This document shows, one piece after another, positions 35,365 through 44,254 of a DNA stretch of 64,000 nucleotides (positions within the stretch are counted from its first letter, which is position 1; every line of letters starts with the position of its first letter). Source of the DNA: a virus (Duplodnaviria > Caudoviricetes); IMG/VR virus record IMGVR_UViG_3300031606_000339, positions 1-64,000 of that record. One strand, written 5' to 3'. Made by a program: the position numbers and the translations under genes. The notes under the pieces are model-generated. The model was not told the origin of the DNA. It ran no database searches and worked only from the letters and a program-made list of their open reading frames with translations.

Positions 35365-36633
35365 ATGAAAAACGAAGTACAAAGAGTCCTGAAGTTCAGA
35401 ATCTATCCAACTGATTCTCAAAAAGCTATTCTACATCAATGCTTTAATGCCGCAGTAGAAATCTACAACAAATGCTTGGAGATGAAAAAGAACGACTGGG
35501 ACGCTAAGAAAAAACTGTACAAAGAATCAGGCTCAGAGGACAAGTTTTCTAAATGGTTAAAAGACAACGACCTGTCCATTATGTCTGTCTTCGAAACCAA
35601 AAGAGAAATAAAAAACTGGAGAAAAGAATTCCCTTGGTTAGAAGAGTGCGCCTCTCAGCTACTCCACCAAGCGGCGCTTCACCTAGACACCGCTTTCAAG
35701 AACTTTTTCAGGCGGCATAAAGCCGGAGAAAAACCGGGCTTCCCCAAGTTTAAAAGTAAAAGAGATGGCAAGAAGTCATTCGCCGTAGACACAGCAAAAC
35801 TAAACTGGGACAACTCCACGCTCCAATTACCTAAGTTCCCTGACGACATTAAGGTCAAGATTCATCGCAAGAAATTGACCATAAACAAAAAGGACATAGA
35901 ATTAGAGAAAGCAATCAAAGAGGGTAAGGCGAAAACAAAAACCATTACCGTCAGCATAAATCCCAGCGGAGAATACCACGCAGCAGTGAATGTGACCTTA
36001 GCGGGTAAAGAACCTGCCAAGAAAAAGTTTGGAGAAAAAAACACCGTAGGCATAGACCTAGGGACCACAACGTTTGCGGTACTGTCCGCCGTTAAGGGAG
36101 TCAGAAAGAAGATCGGAAACCCAAGGCACTTCAAGGCTCTTCATAAAAAATTAGCAAAAGAACAGCGCAGGATGTCTAGGAAAAAACTCGGAAGCGAGAA
36201 CTACAAAAAGCAAAAAATTAAAGTAGCTAAAATTTGGCAGCAGATTAGTAATTGTCGAAACGACTTCCTCCACAAAACGTCACACGGCATTATCTCAGAC
36301 AGCAAGATTAACGCCGTTGCTCTTGAGACGCTTTCCATTCAAGACATGCAACAATCCAACAAGTACCTAGCTATGTCTATTAGCGACGCCTCGTGGTTTG
36401 AGTTTAAAAAGAACATGGAGTACAAAGCCGAGAGGCAAGGGAAAACCATCATAAGTATTGGCAGGTTTGAACCGACCACAATGACTTGTTCAGTTTGCGA
36501 TTTTAAAATGGAAAAGAAACTGAACCTTAGCATTAGAAAGTGGGAGTGCCCGGAGTGTGGAACCACCCACGATAGAGACGAAAACGCCGCAGACGTGATT
36601 AAAAAAGTTGCGCTCAGAGACTATACTGACTAG
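35365..36633 (+). CDS. tnpB: TnpB RNA-guided endonuclease (stand-alone, RuvC D-E-D intact)
   Basis: KFRIYPT, A..NFF...GFPKFKSK, GIDLG, ALETL, CSVC...CPECG, HDRDENAA. Confidence 0.95.
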   Translation: MKNEVQRVLKFRIYPTDSQKAILHQCFNAAVEIYNKCLEMKKNDWDAKKKLYKESGSEDKFSKWLKDNDLSIMSVFETKREIKNWRKEFPWLEECASQLLHQAALHLDTAFKNFFRRHKAGEKPGFPKFKSKRDGKKSFAVDTAKLNWDNSTLQLPKFPDDIKVKIHRKKLTINKKDIELEKAIKEGKAKTKTITVSINPSGEYHAAVNVTLAGKEPAKKKFGEKNTVGIDLGTTTFAVLSAVKGVRKKIGNPRHFKALHKKLAKEQRRMSRKKLGSENYKKQKIKVAKIWQQISNCRNDFLHKTSHGIISDSKINAVALETLSIQDMQQSNKYLAMSISDASWFEFKKNMEYKAERQGKTIISIGRFEPTTMTCSVCDFKMEKKLNLSIRKWECPECGTTHDRDENAADVIKKVALRDYTD

Positions 36634-36642
36634 CTTATGCGC

Positions 36643-36990
36643 ATGCCTACATACATCTTTGAACATCCCGAAAGCGGAGAAATTATAGAAGTCATACAGA
36701 AAATTAAAGAACTCCACGCCTATATAGACGAAGAGGGCGTAAAATGGAACAGAGTTTTCACCGCTCCAAATACGAACGTAGACACTAAAATAGACCCCTT
36801 TTCACCAAAAGACTTTGCGGAAAAAACCAGAAACAAATCTCAAAACCTAGGAGACCTGTGGGACAGGTCGAAGGAGCTAAGCGAAAAGAGAAAAAAAAGC
36901 TTGGGGCACGACCCCGTAGAAAAAGAATTTTTTAAAGACTACACTAAGAAAAGAAAAGGGATGAAGCACCCAAGGGACAAATCGAAATGA
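36643..36990 (+). CDS. FmdB-like N-terminal domain protein
   Basis: MPTY.F.....GE..EV.Q...W.RVF pattern. Confidence 0.65.
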   Translation: MPTYIFEHPESGEIIEVIQKIKELHAYIDEEGVKWNRVFTAPNTNVDTKIDPFSPKDFAEKTRNKSQNLGDLWDRSKELSEKRKKSLGHDPVEKEFFKDYTKKRKGMKHPRDKSK

Positions 36991-38288
36991 AGATATCAGT
37001 CTTTACTCCATGTCATAAACTAGACTTTCTCGTGCGAGCAGGCAAAAGCCTGCAGGAGCAAACTCACCAAGATTATGAGTGGGTAATCTTGCTAAATGGC
37101 GAAGCGGCAGAACCCCAATCCCGACTGGGAGTGGCGAAAGAGGTTGGCAAGCTCCTCGAGGACAACGGAATGGAAGATGTCGCAAGCAAAACTGTAGTAA
37201 AGCAATTCAGAGATTACTCTGGATACATTGGAAGGTTAAAGAAAATGTGTTGCGAGGCAGCTTCAGGAGAAGTAGTCGCCGAATTTGACCACGACGACGA
37301 ACTAGAGCCAACCTGCCTAGAAGAGTTGGACAAAGCCTTCTCCGACGAATCAGTAGACTTCGCACACACCCATTGCTACCAATACCGAGGAGAAAAAACC
37401 GAGACTCCCTACAACCCATACTGGGGGTGGAAATACAGAAAAGACGAAGAGACAGGCAGGAATATCACCCTATGCTTCGAGCCCCAACCAGCAAGCTTCG
37501 GCTACATATGGTATGCCCCGAACCACATAAGGGCTTGGAGAAGAAGCTTCTACAATAAAATTGGGGGACACGACGAAAACCTAGATGTTTGTGACGACCA
37601 CGATATCCTGTGCAGGACCTATATACACGGGAAGGTCAAGCTCATAGACAAAGCCCTGTATAGATACCATGTAAATGAAGGGCAAAATACTTGCTACGGA
37701 GAAAAAAATGCAAAGATTCAAGACCTGACGCGAGCGCTTCACGATAAATACATTGAAGACTTGGCAGCCAAATGGAGTGACATAAACAATCTAAAAAAGC
37801 TGGACCTATGCTGTCACAGATTCAAAAAAGAAGGATGGCTTGGCGTAGACGCGTACGACTACCCAGAAGTGGACATCGTTTGCAATCTAGACGAAGCCCC
37901 TTGGCCGTTTGAGGACAACAGCGTGGGAGTCATAAGAATGCAGGACTCGCTAGAACACCTCAAGGACCCCATTCAGACCATGAAAGAAATATACAGATGC
38001 CTAGCTCCCTACGGCTGGGCTCTGATTGAAGTTCCCAGCACAGACGGAAGAGGCGCGTTTCAGGACCCAACGCACGTCTCTTTCTGGAACAGCAATAGCT
38101 TTTGGTACTACACAAAAGAACAACAGGCTCAATTTATTAACTCTCCAGTAAAATTTCAACTTAACAGAATATTAGACTACTACCCGTCAGACCATCACAA
38201 AGAGCACAAAATACTCTACACAAAAGCTCACCTGATGAAATTAGAAGAAGACAAATCAATCATTCCCCCGGGGGGCAGAGAAATTTAA
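36987..38288 (+). CDS. GT2 glycosyltransferase fused to a SAM methyltransferase-like domain
   Basis: SVFTP, FDHDD and CDDHD; C-terminal WPFEDNSV, LEH and AFQDPTH. Confidence 0.85.
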   Translation: MKISVFTPCHKLDFLVRAGKSLQEQTHQDYEWVILLNGEAAEPQSRLGVAKEVGKLLEDNGMEDVASKTVVKQFRDYSGYIGRLKKMCCEAASGEVVAEFDHDDELEPTCLEELDKAFSDESVDFAHTHCYQYRGEKTETPYNPYWGWKYRKDEETGRNITLCFEPQPASFGYIWYAPNHIRAWRRSFYNKIGGHDENLDVCDDHDILCRTYIHGKVKLIDKALYRYHVNEGQNTCYGEKNAKIQDLTRALHDKYIEDLAAKWSDINNLKKLDLCCHRFKKEGWLGVDAYDYPEVDIVCNLDEAPWPFEDNSVGVIRMQDSLEHLKDPIQTMKEIYRCLAPYGWALIEVPSTDGRGAFQDPTHVSFWNSNSFWYYTKEQQAQFINSPVKFQLNRILDYYPSDHHKEHKILYTKAHLMKLEEDKSIIPPGGREI

Positions 38289-38293
38289 ACTAC

Positions 38294-40711
38294 ATGGACT
38301 ATTCAAAACTTACAGTCAAGAAGAGGAACGGCAGAATTGCCAAGCTGGACATCAACAAAATCAACCTATGCGTGCAGCGTGCATGTCACGGGCTAGAAAA
38401 CGTGTCGGCTAGCGAAGTCGTAATAGACGCGAACGTCCAGCTGTATGACAAAATTCCCACGAAAGAGATAGATAAGGCTCTAATTATGTCCGCCAGAACC
38501 AAGATGGACAAAGAGCCGAACTATTCAAGGGTCGCGGCGAGACTCTTAACGGGCAACATACATAAAGAGGTTTTCGGCAGCAGTGTTGATAAAGACGCAT
38601 TCGCTCATCAGTACAAGTTATCTTTTATCAAAAACATAAAGCTCTTGGTTAACGAGGGTATACTATCTGAAAAGCTTTTAGAATATGACCTAAAAAAACT
38701 AGCAGGAGTCCTTCAGATAGACAGAGACTCCAAGTTTAAATATCTAGGTCTGCAAATTTTATATGACAGATACCTGCACAAAATTGGTGACCGCAGGCTT
38801 GAATCCCCCCAGTCCCTATGGATGAGGGTCGCAATGGGGCTGGCTCTGGACGAAGAGAACAAAGAAGAAAAGGCTATAGAATTTTATGAAGTGCTTTCGT
38901 CGTTTCGACTGTGCTGCTCTTCGCCTACCCTTTTTAATAGTGGGAGCGTTCGTAGTCAGCTTAGCTCTTGTTATCTTAATACTTTTGAAGATAGTATCGA
39001 TGGTATCTTCGAGGGGGCGTGGCAAGAGGCTAGGAAATCTAAATATGCTGGGGGATTAGGCTTTGACGTTACGAACTTCAGGTCTGCCGGTTCTCACATC
39101 AAGGGCACCAATGGAACCTCTAGCGGTCTGGTGCCTTGGCTTAAAATCTATAACGACCTATTAGTGGCTGTTAATCAAGGAGGTAAGAGACCCGGCGCGG
39201 GCTGTGCGTATATTGAAACTTGGCACTTGGATATCGAAGAGTTTTTAGAACTAAAGAAAAACACCGGAGATGAACGCCGAAGGTGTCACGACCTAAACAC
39301 GGCGAACTGGGTCCCTAACTTCTTCCTCGCCTGCGCCGAAAGAAATGAAGACTGGTACCTCTTTTCTCCCTCAGATGCAAAAGGTCTTCACGAATTATAC
39401 GGGAAAGAGTTTGAAAAAAAATACAAAGAGTATTGCCGCAAAGCGGACAATGGAGAAATTACCAATTTTAGAATCATAAAAGCCAAGAAATTGTGGAAGA
39501 AAATGTTAAGGTCGCTGTTCGAAACGGGACACCCTTGGATTACATTCAAAGATAACGCGAACATCAGATACTCAAACAGTCATGAAGGAGTAATTCATAG
39601 CTCGAACCTATGCACAGAGATATTCCTGCACACTAAGCCATCGCGGTTTGAGGGGGGCGAGAAATCAGAGATTGGAGAGACAGCGGTGTGTAACCTAAGC
39701 TCCGTCAACCTGAAGGAACACATTAAAGACAACGGCAAGCTAGACTTTAAACTGCTGGCCAAAACGATTTCAACTCAAATGCGGATGCTAGACAACGTAA
39801 TTGATTTGAACTTCTACCCCACTAAAGAAGCTGAAAAAGCCAACATGCTTCACAGACCGGTCGGCGCTGGCTCTATGGGCTGGGCTGACGTCCTTCACTC
39901 TTATAAAATAGACTACTCTTCTGACGAAGCAGTTAAGTTCTCAGACGAACTATATGAATTCATATCGTACCACTGTCTGCTAAACTCTAGCAAGTTAGCT
40001 AAAGAACGCGGAAAATACGAAACATACGAAGGCTCGCTGTGGTCTGAAAACATTCTACCAATTGATTCGTATAAATATCTTATGGACTATTTAGATTCTA
40101 AGCCTATCCTCCATAGGGGAAAAAAGTATGCGCCCGAACTGGATTGGAAAAACGTTAGAAGCCACATACGAGACAGCGGCATGCGTAATAGTAACACTAT
40201 GGCTATTGCTCCTACTGCTACTATATCTTACATTCAAGGTTGCTCTCCTTCTATTGAGCCCGATTTTTCTACTTTTTTCGTCTACGAAAATAAATCGGGG
40301 AATCTTTTTATAACTAGCGAGTGGTTTGTGGACGAATGTAGGCAGATGGGGCTTTGGAACACAGGTCTAAGCGAGGCGTTAAAGGCTGTAGACGGAGACG
40401 TAAGCAAGCTAGACCTCCCGCAAGAACTAAAAGATAGGTACAGGACCGCCTTTGACCAAGACCAATTTAAATTAATAGATTGTGCCTCGGTCAGGCAAAA
40501 GTGGATTGACATGGGGCAATCGTTGAACCTATTTAATAACGCTAGCTCGTTAAAGTACTTGAATGATTTATATATCCATGCTAAAAACAGAGGACTTAAA
40601 AGCACGTACTACTTAAGAAACAAAAGCGCAAGCGAAATTGAGAAATCCACCGAACCGAACGATGCAGAAGCCTGCTCAATCTTAGACCCCACATGTGAAA
40701 GCTGCCAATAA
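38294..40711 (+). CDS. nrdA: Ribonucleotide reductase class I alpha subunit with ATP cone
   Basis: V.KRNG ATP cone, SPTLFN, LSSC, SNLCTE, VCNLSS, APTA and C-terminal CESCQ. Confidence 0.96.
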   Translation: MDYSKLTVKKRNGRIAKLDINKINLCVQRACHGLENVSASEVVIDANVQLYDKIPTKEIDKALIMSARTKMDKEPNYSRVAARLLTGNIHKEVFGSSVDKDAFAHQYKLSFIKNIKLLVNEGILSEKLLEYDLKKLAGVLQIDRDSKFKYLGLQILYDRYLHKIGDRRLESPQSLWMRVAMGLALDEENKEEKAIEFYEVLSSFRLCCSSPTLFNSGSVRSQLSSCYLNTFEDSIDGIFEGAWQEARKSKYAGGLGFDVTNFRSAGSHIKGTNGTSSGLVPWLKIYNDLLVAVNQGGKRPGAGCAYIETWHLDIEEFLELKKNTGDERRRCHDLNTANWVPNFFLACAERNEDWYLFSPSDAKGLHELYGKEFEKKYKEYCRKADNGEITNFRIIKAKKLWKKMLRSLFETGHPWITFKDNANIRYSNSHEGVIHSSNLCTEIFLHTKPSRFEGGEKSEIGETAVCNLSSVNLKEHIKDNGKLDFKLLAKTISTQMRMLDNVIDLNFYPTKEAEKANMLHRPVGAGSMGWADVLHSYKIDYSSDEAVKFSDELYEFISYHCLLNSSKLAKERGKYETYEGSLWSENILPIDSYKYLMDYLDSKPILHRGKKYAPELDWKNVRSHIRDSGMRNSNTMAIAPTATISYIQGCSPSIEPDFSTFFVYENKSGNLFITSEWFVDECRQMGLWNTGLSEALKAVDGDVSKLDLPQELKDRYRTAFDQDQFKLIDCASVRQKWIDMGQSLNLFNNASSLKYLNDLYIHAKNRGLKSTYYLRNKSASEIEKSTEPNDAEACSILDPTCESCQ

Positions 40712-41718
40712 TGAAAGACGGATTAATACTCGGAGAAGAAATAGCGGGAGTAAACCAAATCCTGCCCCACAAGCACCCCTTTGTTTGGGACCTGTTCCTA
40801 AAAGGCGTGGCAAACAATTGGTCGCCATCAGAGGTGAACATGAACGACGATGTAGACCAGTGGAAAAATGGCTCACTAACGCCCGACGAAAAACTACTAG
40901 TAAAAAGATGCCTAGGCTTTTTTGCTGGAAGCGAGTCTTTAGTGGGAAACAACTTGCTGCTTACCGTGGCGAGGTGGGTGACAGACCCAGAGTGTAGACA
41001 GTATATTTTAAGACAGGCATACGAGGAATCGTTACATAACTGGACAGTTGTCACCTGCTGCGACTCCTTCTCGCTAAAGGTTAGCGACGTTTACGAAGCC
41101 TACCTCAACGTGCCCTCAATCAAAGCTAAAGATGATTTTTTGATAGAAATAACAGCGGACGTTAGCAAGCAAGACTTTACCACGAGAACCGCCGAAGGCA
41201 AAAAAGAATTCTTAAGAAACCTCGTCACCTACTACATAGTTTGTGAGGGGATATTTTTCTTTAGCGGCTTCGCCATGCTGCTAGCTCTAGGCAGGCAGAA
41301 CAAGCTTCCCGGGCTGTCTGACCAAATTAGATACACGTTAAGAGATGAAAGCCTTCACATACAGTTCGGAACATATTTAATCAACTCAATCAAGGAACAG
41401 CATCCGTCCATATGGACGAAAAAATTCGAAGAAGAAACTGTTAAACACATCAAAAAGGCAGTAGAGTTGGAAATCTCCTACGCTCACGACGTGCTCCCTA
41501 GGGGCATACTCGGGTTGAACGCTGACATGTTTATAAACTATATGCAATTCATAGGTAACAGAAGGCTTGAGGGAATTGGGATTGACTTTCGCTTTGAAAG
41601 CGACGAGAATCCATTCCCTTGGCTATCCGAGGTCGTGGACACCCGCGCTATGACGAACTTTTTTGAAAGAAAGGTTAAGGACTACCAGCAGTCCGGCTCC
41701 TTGGTAGACGATTTTTGA
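40711..41718 (+). CDS. nrdB: Ribonucleotide reductase beta subunit, class Ic (Mn/Fe)-type signature
   Basis: GFFAGSESLVGNN (Glu as first ligand), EESLHNWTV (Val at the radical-Tyr position), EGIFF, RDESLH, NFFE.KV.DY. Confidence 0.92.
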   Translation: MKDGLILGEEIAGVNQILPHKHPFVWDLFLKGVANNWSPSEVNMNDDVDQWKNGSLTPDEKLLVKRCLGFFAGSESLVGNNLLLTVARWVTDPECRQYILRQAYEESLHNWTVVTCCDSFSLKVSDVYEAYLNVPSIKAKDDFLIEITADVSKQDFTTRTAEGKKEFLRNLVTYYIVCEGIFFFSGFAMLLALGRQNKLPGLSDQIRYTLRDESLHIQFGTYLINSIKEQHPSIWTKKFEEETVKHIKKAVELEISYAHDVLPRGILGLNADMFINYMQFIGNRRLEGIGIDFRFESDENPFPWLSEVVDTRAMTNFFERKVKDYQQSGSLVDDF

Positions 41719-41726
41719 GAATAGAC

Positions 41727-41924
41727 ATGAAAACACTAGTAACACTAACTGTAGGGACGCTGCTTTTCGCGGCGTCAGGTTGTTCGAGTACAATGACAAT
41801 TGGACCTAACGCCAATAAAGATGGCTACCTAGGTGCATCAGCTTCCACAACGGGAGTCAGTGTCACCGTTCCATTCGTTAAGGCTGAATCAGCCGTAACG
41901 GAAACGACCAAGAAAAAGAAGTAG
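41727..41924 (+). CDS. Small lipoprotein
   Basis: MKTLVTLTVGTLLFAASGC lipobox. Confidence 0.7.
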   Translation: MKTLVTLTVGTLLFAASGCSSTMTIGPNANKDGYLGASASTTGVSVTVPFVKAESAVTETTKKKK

Positions 41925-41946
41925 GCACCCCCTAATTCCACACTCA

Positions 41947-41981
41947 CCCCTAGAACTGAGTCAGTTCTGGGGTTTTTTTTT
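41947..41981 (+). terminator. Rho-independent terminator
   Basis: CCCTAGAACTG-AGT-CAGTTCTGGGG followed by T9. Confidence 0.85.
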
Positions 41982-42011
41982 GAGTAAATAAATAGTAATA
42001 AATATTAAAAA

Positions 42012-42245
42012 TTATCCGTCTTTTATTTTCCTTTTCTGCCTGCCCAGAAAGCCTTCGGTTATTTTGAAGACTTCCCCGCATTTCTCGCACTTCATCGACA
42101 CCTTACATTCATAGTTGTCCTCCCTGCATTCTTTGTCTTTACCAAAAAATGTTTTTTTATGACCGCACTGACTTTCCTTTACTTTCTCAGAATATAAGCG
42201 AGACTCTAAGCTCGGCGGGCAGTATGGGCATGCATAAAAATACAT
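42012..42245 (-). CDS. Small zinc-ribbon protein
   Basis: CPYC...CEKC. Confidence 0.6.
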   Translation of the reverse strand: MYFYACPYCPPSLESRLYSEKVKESQCGHKKTFFGKDKECREDNYECKVSMKCEKCGEVFKITEGFLGRQKRKIKDG

Positions 42246-42252
42246 ATACAAT

Positions 42253-42286
42253 AAATTACACTTCTTTAAGAAACAAAGTGTATTTA
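42253..42286. promoter_or_regulatory. Second divergent pair of AAGTGTAWWT motifs
   Basis: AAGTGTAATTT on - (42263-42253) and AAGTGTATTTA on + (42276-42286). Confidence 0.65.
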
Positions 42287-42294
42287 AAAGAGAG

Positions 42295-42579
42295 ATGGAC
42301 TACCAAATATTAGTTAATATATCTGTTGGCATTGTCACCCTCATGGGTGGATGGGTCTTTAAAATGATTCTCGGTCACGTTAATGAAATCAAGTCTGAAC
42401 ACCACGACTTAATGATTAAGCATCACGACGACATAGATAAAATCAAAGAAAAATACACCGACCTCGCTCTCTCCCTTCCCGAGAAGTATGTCTCAAAAGA
42501 AGACTTCAAGATGTTCTCAGATAGAATGAACGACAGGTTTGACAGGCTAGAAGAGAAGATAGATAGCCTCAAAAACTAA
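42295..42579 (+). CDS. N-terminal TM coiled-coil protein (holin/XhlA-like)
   Basis: TM, then YVSKEDF...FDRLEEKID. Confidence 0.6.
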   Translation: MDYQILVNISVGIVTLMGGWVFKMILGHVNEIKSEHHDLMIKHHDDIDKIKEKYTDLALSLPEKYVSKEDFKMFSDRMNDRFDRLEEKIDSLKN

Positions 42580-42580
42580 A

Positions 42581-42609
42581 TTGACTTGCTCATTCATTAC
42601 TGGTAGCAT
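42581..42609 (+). promoter_or_regulatory. Sigma70-type promoter heading the glycan operon
   Basis: TTGACT-17 nt-TAGCAT, with ATG 8 nt downstream. Confidence 0.65.
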
Positions 42610-42616
42610 CTAATTG

Positions 42617-43462
42617 ATGCGCTATATACTTGCTAGTGATTTTTTTATAGATGATTTTATTGGAGGTGCCGCTCTAAATGATGAAGAGATATATAAAGTC
42701 TTCAAAAATAAGGGCGAAGATATAGAAAAAATCAAAACCTCAAACATCACCGAGGAGTTTCTAGAGAAAGAAAAGGACTCCTTCTTCATAGTCTCAAACT
42801 TTTTTCACCTATCTACAGAAGCCAGAGAGAAGCTATCAAGCCTTAAGTATCTTATCTATGCTCACGACTACAAGTTCGTGAAGCACACAAACCCCGCTGC
42901 TTACGACGACTTCAAGGTGCCGGAAGTCGACATAATTAATAAAGACTTCCACGAAAAAGCGGTAGTCATTATGTGCCAGAGCTCCCTGCAGCAAAAGATA
43001 TACAACCTGAACCTAGACGTGGAAGACTCTACCGTAAACGTCTCCGGTAACCTTTGGTCAGATGAAGACTTTGAGGTTCTAGAAGAGATGGAAAAGGTAA
43101 AAGAAAAAAAGCAGATGTGCTCTGTAATAAAGTCTCACTACTGGCAGAAAGGGGTGCCGGAAGCTATAAAAATTTGCATAGAAAAACAATTCAACTACGA
43201 CCTGATACACGACGACGATTACCACCAATTCCTTCGTAAGCTTGGCTTGAACGCAGCGCTTATGTTCTACCCGTTAACCCCAGAAACCCTCTGTAGGGCT
43301 GTCGCAGAAGCTAGAATGATGAACGTAAAAGTAATCACCAGCAACATGGTCGGCGCGACACACGAAAAATGGTTCGACGATATTAAAGGGAAAGAACTGA
43401 TAGACTACATGAAAGATCGCAGGGACTACGTTTACTCTAGGATCAAATTATCCTCAAGCTAA
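42617..43462 (+). CDS. GT-B glycosyltransferase-like protein
   Basis: GGA, HDY and PET..R..AEAR motifs. Confidence 0.65.
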   Translation: MRYILASDFFIDDFIGGAALNDEEIYKVFKNKGEDIEKIKTSNITEEFLEKEKDSFFIVSNFFHLSTEAREKLSSLKYLIYAHDYKFVKHTNPAAYDDFKVPEVDIINKDFHEKAVVIMCQSSLQQKIYNLNLDVEDSTVNVSGNLWSDEDFEVLEEMEKVKEKKQMCSVIKSHYWQKGVPEAIKICIEKQFNYDLIHDDDYHQFLRKLGLNAALMFYPLTPETLCRAVAEARMMNVKVITSNMVGATHEKWFDDIKGKELIDYMKDRRDYVYSRIKLSSS

Positions 43463-43465
43463 CAA

Positions 43466-44254
43466 ATGAAATACTCCATAGGCATAGTAACATACAGCAA
43501 GCGCTTTCACGCATTCTTCGAGCCCTTAGTTGACTCAATTAAAGAGCTCAAGCCCGACATTGATATCGTCGTTGCTGTGAACGGCGACTGCAAGAAAGAG
43601 TTCGACGAGACCTACAGGCAAAAAATGTTGTCTTTCTGCGCTAGTCACAAAAGAATATTCCCGATGTTTTTCACAGACCACAGGTCTTTAGCGAAGATGT
43701 GGAATAACACTATCCTCAACTGTCCGACGGAGAATATCCTGTTATTAAATGATGACGTTTATCTAACTGAAGAGTTCTGGCCGATTCTTGAAGCCTCAAT
43801 TGAGCGACAAGAAAAAATGCCATTGAAATCTTTTAAAATAAACTCAAGCTGGAGCCACGTTTTTCTGAACAGGGAAGAGGTTTACGAGAATCACTGGTTT
43901 GACGAAAGACTGCTGGGCGTAGGGTCAGAAGACGGAGACTTTGAGTGGAGGATGCTAAAGAGCAGGGGGCTGGACCAGTTTCCGGACTACCTGATAATGA
44001 AAGGGATCATAAACCGCACGAAACAAACGGCCGACTCCACGCTCGCGCAAAAAAAAGCCAGACTCATAAACCACAAATATTTCCACATCAACAGGGAAGT
44101 AATGCACGAAGTAAAATATAAACCAAGTCCTGAATCTCCACCAAGGGGCATACTAAAACTATCTAAGTACGGAACAAGGGTTGAGGAAAAGGATCCCTGC
44201 AAGCAACAGTACCCGTACGAAAAGTTTTACTGGGAAAATAAAAAAAACATATGA
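43466..44254 (+). CDS. GT2 glycosyltransferase
   Basis: LLNDD and FDER..G.G.EDGD motifs. Confidence 0.8.
   Translation: MKYSIGIVTYSKRFHAFFEPLVDSIKELKPDIDIVVAVNGDCKKEFDETYRQKMLSFCASHKRIFPMFFTDHRSLAKMWNNTILNCPTENILLLNDDVYLTEEFWPILEASIERQEKMPLKSFKINSSWSHVFLNREEVYENHWFDERLLGVGSEDGDFEWRMLKSRGLDQFPDYLIMKGIINRTKQTADSTLAQKKARLINHKYFHINREVMHEVKYKPSPESPPRGILKLSKYGTRVEEKDPCKQQYPYEKFYWENKKNI

Noticed and set aside
35202-36640. Intact mobile IS200/IS605 or IS607 element
   Set aside because: No transposase in the window, no right end after tnpB and no recognisable left end.
38294-40711. Intein or intron in nrdA (also checked in the recombinase)
   Set aside because: Continuous ORFs of ordinary length with no splicing motifs.
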